Source: the human T2T-CHM13v2.0 reference genome, Homo sapiens. From it: a stretch of 64,000 bases of DNA. The notes under the pieces are model-generated. The model was given only the letters and a program-made list of their open reading frames with translations, was not told the origin of the DNA and searched no databases. This document shows positions 52,049-64,000 of the stretch, piece after piece (the first letter of the stretch is position 1; every line of letters starts with the position of its first letter). The stretch lies in assembly GCF_009914755.1 (NCBI RefSeq), contig NC_060947.1; one strand, written 5' to 3'. The position numbers and the translations under genes are program-made.

Positions 52049-54379
52049 TCAAAAATATCTAATTTGATAAGACAAAAATATTCCTTACTTGTTATCCATC
52101 TATCTATATTTCTGTAAGTTTAGAAGTTTTAGATACAGTAATTCTCAGCCTGGAATGAAGAGCATGGAAACATTGCACCATTGACTCCAAAAATGATCAC
52201 CAGGAAAACCTCTAAGTAAAGCTATGTTTATTAAACTTAGAGTGACATAAAAGCATTACTTTGATAAAGTCTTTGTGTCTTAAGAAGGGGATGTCAGGAG
52301 GGAATATTTATAGGGTTTTAGGGCTTAGACTGTTTGATTTTAAAGCAGGTCTTGCAAGGCGAGGAATGGGTTAAGATTATGCAGTGTTTATGATAACATA
52401 GCTTTGTATTGGTGAATATAGCAAAGGAAGGGGCTTGAAGCAAGTTTTAGTGAGCAAGCTGTTAGTCTCAATGAGCAAACTAGTTGGTTCACGGTATCTT
52501 CTAGAAACAAGTATTTCCTAAAGTAAGAAGCTATGTTATTTTTGCTTATTCTCACTATTGTTTAATATAAGAACATTAAAGTATGTCTGTCTTGATATTG
52601 ACTAACACAGGGAAAATAAAATATGCCCAGTCCCAGTACTATTTACACAGTGATAGTAAAGTACGCCTAATCCCAGTATTTTTTAACTCAGGGACAGAAA
52701 TTGTTAATTTCAGTTCTCAGTACCAAAGATTGCTATCCTTGGTGGATTGCTGGGGATTTAATGCTCTCTGGCCCAACCATAATTCAAAACATACTATCCA
52801 CTCAATGCCATACATTCTTCCAAGTCAACCAACCAATATGGCAGGATAGTGTTTGGTCCAAAGTAAACAGAAATATCTGTCTTTTTCTTTTCCCACAAAC
52901 CTTCAGAGGACAAAAACCTTCAGGTTTTCTAATAGTCCCTTAAGTCTATCCTTGGAGATGGGGAATGGTTTCCACTGGAAGTTAGCAGTGAAGATAGTAA
53001 TGAATGTTAACAGTCAGTGAAATCTTGCAGGTGGATCTTATCTAGTGAAGTATTAAGACTTGAAATGTGTAAGGCTGCTCCTTGCCCCAGTAGGCAGACT
53101 GATCTTTGTACCAGTTTAAGGTTTGGGCCAAGAAGACTAGACCTTGAATCATTCTTTTTGCCTCTAGGGCCGTTTTTAGAGCCTAATAGACTGTATATAC
53201 TCTCACTTGTAGAGGTCACATCATGCATTGCTTTAAACATATTAAAGGGCCCCCATACTTCACTTTATATTTTTGCTGTAAATTTTTGAAATTATTTTTG
53301 ACATATTAATTTTGAAATTATTTACTTACAAGTAACTTTTAAAATGTATGGTTAGGTATAATTTCTTGTTAAATCATTGTAAATACTCAAGAATTTTTGC
53401 TAAATATGAAAATCAAACCTACAATTTATATTTAATATAATGAAATTTCTTTAAATGCTAAACATAAGAGACTAGTTAAGTTGGCATATTGTTATACTTA
53501 ACAGACATTTAATTAAACATTAATTAATTTTGACTTTATAGTTTTCTTGTGGCTTTTTGGAGCTGATGATTTATTTCTGATGGCAAACACTTTCACGGGC
53601 CCATGTAAAACTTATCAACCCTGGGCAAGGTTCGTATTGCCTAATAGATAAAATAGCACCATTTGTCATATAAAAAAGTACTCAGCTTCCATCCTTCTAC
53701 AAAGAAACAGTGATTAGGTACATTCTTGAACCCAGCTGGTGTAAGATAGGGCAAAACTTTCTGGAACATAATATCAAAGCAAATTTCGATAACCCAAAGC
53801 CCATTTCTCCCTGTGCCCCCTGAAATGCCCTGAAGAATTAGTGTTTTGCAAGAAGAAAGTGATTTTTTAAAAATCTGGAAACTTAATGTCATTAACAGAT
53901 GTTGCTATCCACATAGCTATACAATATAATAGCCCAGTTGTTATGGCTAAATTAAGAATAAATATAGGTGCATAAATAAGAAAACCAATATTCAGTAAAC
54001 ATACAAACTTCAATCTATAAACCACTTAGCATTTATATCAGGGCAATAAAATATTCTTTCAAATGCTTGTTTATAAATTCTAGGTTGGCTTTCTTCTCAC
54101 AATTGGTAAGTCTTTCTGGCTCCTATCAGATGTGTGATTACACCTTATTACTTCACCATAGGTTTATACATGATTGTAGAAAAGCCACATTGAATTTTTA
54201 ATCACAATTGAGGTCCTTTGATGTAATGGTCTATTAATAGGCTGCCTATAACTGCCTCAGGAGCTTTGTCCTCAAAGAATGAAAATTCATTGTCGGATTA
54301 TGTTAGGACAGTATACCCAGTGGCATAAACAAAAACAAAATAAATACACAAAAACAAAACAAAACAAAACACCTATAAT

Positions 54380-56152
<1,773 letters not shown>

Positions 56153-56159
56153 ACCTAAG

Positions 56160-56352
56160 CCATAGTTGATGGTTTTTAAACTTGAGCTTGCATCAGGATC
56201 ACCTGGAAGGCTTGTTATAATACAGATCGCTGGGCTCCACTTCCAGAGTTTCTGATTCATAGGTCTGAATGGAGCTTGAAAATTTGCATTTCTAACAAGT
56301 TCCTTAATGATGCTAATGATGCTGATCTGGGAACCACACTTTGAGAACCATG
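56160..56352. mobile_element. MER5A-like hAT element
   Basis: TGCATCAGGATCACCTGGAAGGCTTGTTA..TTTGCATTTCTAACAAGTTCC..CCACACTTTGAGAACCA. Confidence 0.85.
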
Positions 56353-57107
56353 GCCACAGTTCTTTCAAAATCCAACTTTGGAACCATTTTACCACTGTAT
56401 TAACATGAGTGATCAAGAACTGTCCCTAGGTATTGTTGCTATTGTACCACAATACTGTCGTATTATTGCAGTTTATAAAATATTGAAAATCTCCATTTAA
56501 CTCATGGTTAATATTGAGTAATTATTCATGTGGATGAGTAGTTCTTAGATCTTCATGTCTATTACTCTCTGAGTGCTTCTTTCCAGGAGGCTGGACAGGG
56601 AAGAGACATTTATTGGCTTGTTTGTTCTTAGTGAGTATTTACAGAGCTATATTAATACCATATGTATATGCATGCTCTGATCCTTAGGTAGAAAATAGTT
56701 CTTTTCAAGTTGACAAACTGTCAATCAATAAATTGATAATCTGCCCAGTATAGATTCAAGGCTCTAAGAGCAATTAGTTTGATTTTTAATGTATTTCAAA
56801 AACATTGAACTTTAAAATATTAAGTGAATAATAGTCCACTGTTTTTGAGCTCAGTGAGAAGTTTTTTAAAAAATTACACTTCATGGTTTTTTAAGCCATG
56901 ACATGAATTTATCTCTGAATAAGTTCAGAGATTGTATTCAGGTGAGCAAGTCCTGGCCACCAAATTGTTGATGATTCTGATCATTTGTGAAAGATGTAGT
57001 TTCCTCCTATCCCTACATGCTTAAATATTTCATTTCCCTTGTTTTATTTCTGAAGAAAAACAATGAGGAGTTAATACCTGATCTTTAAACTTTGTTTTTG
57101 TCACAAG

Positions 57108-57239
57108 AGTACAAAAACAGCATCTGAGCCTCCATTGGCCCCTCCTGTGTCTGAAGAAGAAGATGAAGAGGAAGAAGAAGAAGAAGATGAAAATGAGCCA
57201 CCACCAGTTATCGCACCAAGACCAGAGCATACAAAATCA
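57108..57239 (+). CDS. PAK3: PAK3 acidic (E/D-rich) exon with start of the PIX-binding motif
   Basis: cacaag|AGT...TCA|gtaagt; [44 protein letters not shown]; 132 nt. Confidence 0.96.
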
Positions 57240-57754
57240 GTAAGTCACAAAGGACTATTTCCAAATGATTCAAAAGATGCCCTTTGGAATAGTCATAGAG
57301 TTAGAATATAGTTAATCAGCTAGTACCTATTAAGCATCTTTTATGTTCCAAGAGCTAAAGTATAAAATATGACCAAGGTTTTGAGGATACTGTTTGAGGA
57401 TACAAGGTTAGCACATTAAACAATTAGAGAATAATACCAAACAATACATAAATAACTGCTAAGTAATAAAAATGTTGGAGAAGTTAAGGTAAGGAAGGAA
57501 ATCCATGTAAACCAGGTAGGAAGAGTTGCATAAACAGAGATCCTCAGACCAGAATTAGCAAGGCATGTATAGGGACATCCAAAGACTAGCTCCCATGATC
57601 TTTCAACAGTGTTGTACTTTCAGCTACTCAAAGTCCTTTTTTTTTTTAAGAAAATACCACTTGTCTTTAAAAATTCATTGATATTACAATACATTGACTC
57701 CACACTCTTTCCTTGGCCTGCTGTTTTAATTGCAGAGCTTTTTGGTTTTTTTAG

Positions 57755-57937
<183 letters not shown>

Positions 57938-59144
57938 TGATTACTTTCTACACGGGAGTGTTTCTCATAAGCCATTTAAAATGGGAATTGATCCTTTGGA
58001 AGTTTTAATCTGCTTATATGAACTCCAGACTTCCCAAAATCATGAGATGAAAAATTTGAGACTCACTGCATATGCCAGAACACTTTCTCCCTTCCACTCC
58101 TAATTTGACAGGAACTAAATATTTTTACTTGAAGGAATCAATTGAGGTGAAAATTGATAAGACAAATTAAGTAGCAAGTTTTAAGATTACATCTTCAAAA
58201 GAGAATAGTCTGATAAAATATGTTATGATCATAACCCAAGGGCTCTCAACTAATCAGTGATGATAGATATGTCAACCTCAAAGCCCAACACAGTCAATCA
58301 AAACTTGGAACAACAAATAATATAGCTTTTTCCCTTAATTCAGAAGCATTTATATGTGGCAGGAGAGACAGAACTAGCAAATGCTAGTAGCTTCCTTCCA
58401 CAATGTCATTAGTGTGTACATGCTCGTGTGTACACACTTGTTGCCCCAGTTTTATAAAACACTTACCTTCTAGTTACTTTTCTGGGTCAAGAAGATAAAA
58501 AAAAATGGATTATCTGCTGAAAAGTCAAAGGTTTGTAAAGCATATTCATTAAACTCATACTATAAAAGCATCTAACAAATTGCTAGATATCAGCAATAAG
58601 TGCCCCCCCCAACCCCAGTTTGACTAACTCCTACTTATCCTTCAATACTCAGCTCAAAAGTTGCCTCCTCAGAAGATGTTGCTTGTCCCTCCCAGTCCAT
58701 GTTAAGGGCATCTCTTCCTTACCACTTTTACTGGAGCAAATATCAAACCATATTAGTCTGACTTCTTTACTAGACTGTGAGATTCTCAAGAGCAGGGACT
58801 GTGCCCTTTTTTCCCTATATGTCCAACCCCTAGTTCATACCCATTACATAAAGGCATACAGCAAATGCTTGTTGAGTGAGTGAATGAAAAAAATAAGTAA
58901 ACAAATACATCTTTACTGAGTTCCTACTTGTCTGTTCTGTGCAAGAAACCTTGGAGGACACAATAGAATGAAACTTTCCTGTCATCAAGAAATTCAATCT
59001 TTTTTGGAAAATACGATTTAATAGTATGATACAATTAGAGCATAAGATAATCTCGTTTCATGCATATTTTTATTTAAAAGACCTCAGAAAAGGAAGACAG
59101 TAATTCCCACTATAGGCCACAGGGAGGCTCTGCAGAGGTGGTGG

Positions 59145-59350
59145 TAGGATGATTTTGCCCTCCAAAGGACATTTAGCAATGTCTGGAGAATATTTTTATT
59201 GTCCTGATTCAGAGACTGCTAGTAGCATATAATGGGTAGAGGCTAAGGATGCTTCTAAAACCCCAACAGTGCACAGGACGGCTGCCCTCCATCCACTTTA
59301 CAGTAAAGTATTATTCAGTCCAAAATGTCAACAGTACTGAGATTGAGGCA
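59145..59350. mobile_element. MER20-like hAT element
   Basis: GATTTTGCCC..GGACATTTAGCAATGTCTGGAGA..GGGTAGAGGCTAAGGATGC..CCAAAATGTCAACAGT. Confidence 0.85.
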
Positions 59351-60504
59351 TTTGAGTTAGATGCATTTGGAAAGGCAAAGGTCGGAGTTGCAGCTGTCAG
59401 TTAAAACTCAGAACTACAATTGCTAGATTTTTGCTGACTTTACTATTCATGATTAAATATGCCACTAGCACTGATACTAACCATTTGCTGTAATAACAGC
59501 AGTAATAATTCTCATTTATTGGGCACCTTCTGGGTGGGCCACTTTACATACATTATCATAGTTTCACAGTAATTCCTTGCAGCTGATTCTAATATCCTCA
59601 TTTTACAGACCAGTGAATGAAAGTAAGCTTTAAAAGGCTTAACTGACCAAGTCACCAAACCAATGTGTGGCACAACCAAAGTTTGAACTGAGACCAGTTT
59701 ACCTTCAAAGCTTACACTTTTTCCATTACCTACCTACTTTGCTTCTGCATATCCGAACTGTCTATTTTTGTAAAAAGGAAGAACTAAATGAAAGAATTGC
59801 CTCGATAATTTAAGTTCAATTATTCAGACAATTGGCACGTTTTTCTTTATTTTGCATATGTAGACATGACCTATGTGATTATATCAGATTTTAAAAATCT
59901 AACAGCCTTGCCTTAATAAAATGACTCTTATTTGGTATCTGTTTCAAATCTCAATAGATGTATTACAACAAAAATGCTTGTATAGTTTTGTTAGCTGACA
60001 GAGAAACAAGCATTATTTTCTTGGACCAAAATCTTGTTTTGCTTGTAAACTCTAGTGGTGCTAGAGCTGTGTCCTTATTATTTTGTTTATTCTGCTCTAC
60101 ACTGAGCAACATGGTGAAGAAGGGGAAGCTAACTTTGATTACATTTGAATTAAGAATTCAGTGGGGTTTTTTTTTTCTCTACTGGACTTCATGCTTGGGC
60201 ATAGAGAGAGTCATTTTCCCTCTAGCCAGCAGGCCACTTGTGACTGCCAACCTTACATTGGATTTGTAGATTTTGGCAGGGTGAACCTGCTGAGAAGTGG
60301 AGCAGTGCTTCTCATGAAGCAGATTCAGTGAACTATACTCCAAAGTCCACAAAGGCAGACTTTCCTGCTCCTGCTCCACCATTACCCTCTCTGTGCCTTC
60401 TCTCTGCCATTACGCCTTTGTCTAAGGAAAACTTCAGACAAGTCACTTAACTCCTCTGAGCCTCAATTTTTAACCTGTGAAATGGAGATAAGAATCATAA
60501 CTAC

Positions 60505-60792
60505 ATTTTTGTGAGAGATAACGTCTGGCTCTGTTACCCAGGCTGGAGTACACTGGCACAATCATGGCTCACTGCAACCTTGACCTCGTGGGCTCAAATG
60601 ATCCACCTCAGCCTCCCAAGTAGCTACAATTTTAGGTGTGCGCCACCATGCCCAGCTAAATTTTTTATTTTTTGTACAGATGGGAACTTGCTGTGTTGCC
60701 CAGGCTGGTCTTGAACTCCTGAGCTCAAGCAGTCCTCCTGCCTCAACTTCCCAATGTGCTGGGATTACAGGCAGGAGCCACCAAGCCTGGCC
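60505..60792 (-). mobile_element. AluJ-like SINE inserted in a MIR cluster (60420-61290)
   Basis: Reverse Alu ending CCTGGCC; TSD CAT(A/T)ACTACATTT; flanking MIR cores. Confidence 0.9.
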
Positions 60793-61811
60793 CATTACTA
60801 CATTTCAGGACTCTGTCTATAGGATGGATTTTAAGGAGCTCATCCTATGGTTAAGGGAGTCAGAAGGATCTACATTTAAATCATAGACCCATTGCTATTA
60901 GCTGTGTCACCTAGGGCCAGTTATTTAAATTTTCTGGGCCTCCATTTTCTCATCTAAAAAGTGGGGATAATGATAATATAAAAACCTCAGCAGCAGTATC
61001 AGGCACATCATAGGGGCTCAATAAGTGGTAATTGTTATTACATGGGTATAAAGCCTTCATAAGATAATACAATGGGTCAAGCTTTGAAATAAGTCATCAC
61101 TGGGTCTGAGTCATAGACTTATACTAGCTGTATGTCCTTAGTCAAGTCACTTAACATCTCTGAACATAATTTTCTTCATCTGAAAGATGGAGATAATAAT
61201 TGTACCCATATAATAGGGGTTGTGTGAGGACTAAATAAGTTAAAGTATATAAGACATCTAGCACAATAAACAGTAATATAAAATTGTTATTATGCTATTT
61301 TTACAGAGTGAGAGTGATCATATTTTTCAGCATAAAAATGGGGGTTTGGGGTCTTACAGTGTGACAGAATGATTGAAACCAGGAATAATCCCAGGTGTAT
61401 GATTACTGTACAGAAGCCATCAAGTATCTTGGACTCAAAGGCCACATTGGAGCTTGGGGAAAAAGTAGAGCAGCCTGTGCTGAGAGGCAAAAGAGAGGAA
61501 AAAGGGAAACAGGCAGGCAGAAAGATGGCCAATATCCCATACCAGAGTGGACCTCATAAGCATGGTGAAGAGTAGATGGCAGCCTCTACTAAACCATCCT
61601 TACCTTCAGTGTCAGGGGTCCAGTTACTAAGAGGTGGGCAGCCCAGACCACAGAGCTATTCATCTTCCATGCAGATGCTGATTGTGGTGGCCAGAGCAAG
61701 AGGTCATTATTGGGTGAAATGAACAGGTCATCTTTCAGTTTTACACAGACAAATAGCCTGGGTCTGGCTTGTTCATTGTGGTCTGTCTAGATCTGTTGAA
61801 AAATACAGAAA

Positions 61812-62072
61812 CAAGAACAGAAAACCAAACACTGCATGTTCTCACTCGTAAGTGGGAGTTGAACAATGAGAACACATGGACACAGGGAGGGGAATATCAC
61901 ACACCGGGGCCTGTCGGGGAGTAGGGGGCTAGGGGAGGGATAGCATTAGGAGAAATACCTAATGTAGATGACGGGTTGATAGGTGCAGCAAACCACCATG
62001 GCACCTGTATATCTGTGTAACAAAACTGCACGTTCTGCACATGTACCCCATAACTTAAAGTATAATAAAAAA
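61812..62072 (+). mobile_element. Short L1PA 3'UTR fragment
   Basis: CAAGAACAGAAAACCAAACACTGCATGTTCTCACTC...AACTTAAAGTATAATAAAAAA. Confidence 0.93.
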
Positions 62073-63289
62073 GGAAACCACCACATTTTAGTGACAAATT
62101 TCAAAAGCCATTACTGTCAGTAAAGTTGTGTAATACAGGAAATTTGTCTTCAACCTCCTTCCTCTGGGCCCCACTATCACCTACTCCTTGCCTCTCACCT
62201 CCCTCAGCATTCCCCACTCAAAACCCTTTTTCCTAATTCACCCTCATATAGAACTGATATCAATTTAGAGAATCTTTTTACTTTTTCTCAGAAATCAAAA
62301 TCTTCATTATGCTAAAAGGATAATCTTTTAATGGTGGGAGTTCACCTTAGCTTAATATGTCAGAAAATATATTGATGGGCTTTTCTGTCACTGAACTCAT
62401 ATCATGAATGCTATTTTCAAATACAAGTATTTAGCATTCTTAAAACCTGCACTTTAAAATGAATAGTTTATTTCTTCTTTAGGAAGTTCTGGTAGGAAAT
62501 TGTTCTGGTATTGCTTTTTTTTCTTTTGATTTTGATTTGCTGATTTTAAAAAACTTTCTCCCTATTGTGTCACAGTGTTTTTTCTTTATCGTAATTTACA
62601 AAAGCAAATTATAATAACTAATGGAAAAGATCACTTTAAAAGCTTGTTTTGTGATTGAGAATGGTAAACAAGGCCTCTAGTATACTTGCCTAACATCAGT
62701 AGATGGCAGCACACACTCTCCTGTGAAGGGCGATGAGTGTGGAGACACCATTTTATTTGAATAGCAGTTAAGTTCAGAAGTGGAATCTCATCAAAATGGT
62801 TTCTTTTGGTAATCTTCATGAAAGGATTTATTTCCAGTTTTTTTTCCCCCTGCATAACATGGAAATAAAGGTTGAATAATTTATTACCATAAAGCCACAT
62901 TAACTGAACCCCACCATTTGGAATGGGTCATAATTCAGAAAGTGGCTTGGGCTGAAGCTTTTTCTATATGGAAAAAAGTTGCTTAGCAACTTAATAGTTA
63001 AACTTTTTTAGAAGACTATAAACTGCTTAATAAAATTATGGCTTCAAGTGACTTTAAAATCGTCATTTCATTAAAATAAAAAAGTCCAGGCCCTTGCGCA
63101 TTAATAGCTAATTTGAATAAGGATGGCTCTCAGTTATATAGAAATCTGTTAGACAAGTTGAAAAATAAAAGACCAACTCAGAAATTGCTAAATTGGTGGC
63201 ATTCTATAGATATAGCTCAAGTAAAATATATTCTCCAACCCTTGCCTTAAACCATGGAGCATTTACAAAGGGAAATAACTAATTGTATT

Positions 63290-64000
63290 TTATTGTAATT
63301 CAGCAAATATATCAATATATTCTACACACGGCATTGTGTGAGGAGGCACTGAAGATACAGAGATGAATAAGACATGGCTCCTGTACTTAAAGACATAGTC
63401 TAAAAGGCAATATCAAATACCATACACACACAAAGGAACCTATGCAGATGACTGTTTAGTACAGAGAGTAACTCAGCACAAGTGTTACATTGTGACCAAG
63501 ACCTTAAGTGAACCAGGAAGATCTGTGGAATTCCCGTCATGTATATCATGTACATTTCTAGCCATAGATACAACATTGAATGGATGCCAGATGATTATGA
63601 AACCCTTCAGTTCTAATTCTTACAAGTCAAAGTTCCAAATAGATAGATATAGACATCTGATATATTAAGTACAGAGAGAGAGAGAACAAGGGCGAGAGAG
63701 AGAGAGAGAAGATACAGTAGTAGCACAGAAAAGTGAAGTTGTTAATTATTCAAGGGATCAGAGAAAGCTTCCTAGAAGAGGGAACATCTAAGCTAAGTTT
63801 GGAAGCATGAATAGGAACTTGCCACAGAGAAAATATGGGAAGGACATTTCAGGCAGCGAATGGCATGTAAAGAAGACTTGAAGCATATGTCCTGGAACTC
63901 TGACTTATTCAGTGTTACTTTAATAAAGAATTGGTGGTATATGGTGATACTGGCATTGTAGAAGAGGAAACTGAACTTTTAAGCAGGAGCTGATCATGAG
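63290..64000 (-). mobile_element. L2 fragments
   Basis: TTCAGCAAATAT..GATACAGAGATGAATAAGACATGG..CTTCCTAGAAGAGG L2-like phrases. Confidence 0.6.

Noticed and set aside
57030-57230. Minus-strand Phe/Trp-rich ORF
   Set aside because: Antisense shadow of the GAA/CCA-rich PAK3 exon.

Overview
Primate (human-like) genomic DNA from inside PAK3 (p21-activated kinase 3, X-linked), on the + strand. It holds the first coding exon (ATG at 17296) and five further constitutive exons of the N-terminal regulatory half. The 63-nt 'c' and 45-nt 'b' cassette exons lie within the CRIB/autoinhibitory region; the kinase-domain exons are beyond the window. Introns contain Alu, L1, L2, MIR, hAT and Tigger-type DNA elements, a full-length THE1-type LTR element and a 3'-truncated U2 snRNA retrocopy. 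The most notable unexplained feature is a ~2 kb sense-strand decayed ORF (18147-~20200), about 0.7 kb after the first coding exon. It encodes a pogo/Tigger (CENP-B/TIGD-like) transposase with a possible splice acceptor and Kozak ATG, all three catalytic Asp positions apparently replaced, a SUMO-interacting-like motif, and a C-terminal ~50-aa repeat whose copies differ about half at synonymous sites. This looks more like a dead domesticated transposase gene nested in PAK3 than an ordinary transposon fossil. All repeat family calls and alignments were made by eye from memory of consensus sequences.
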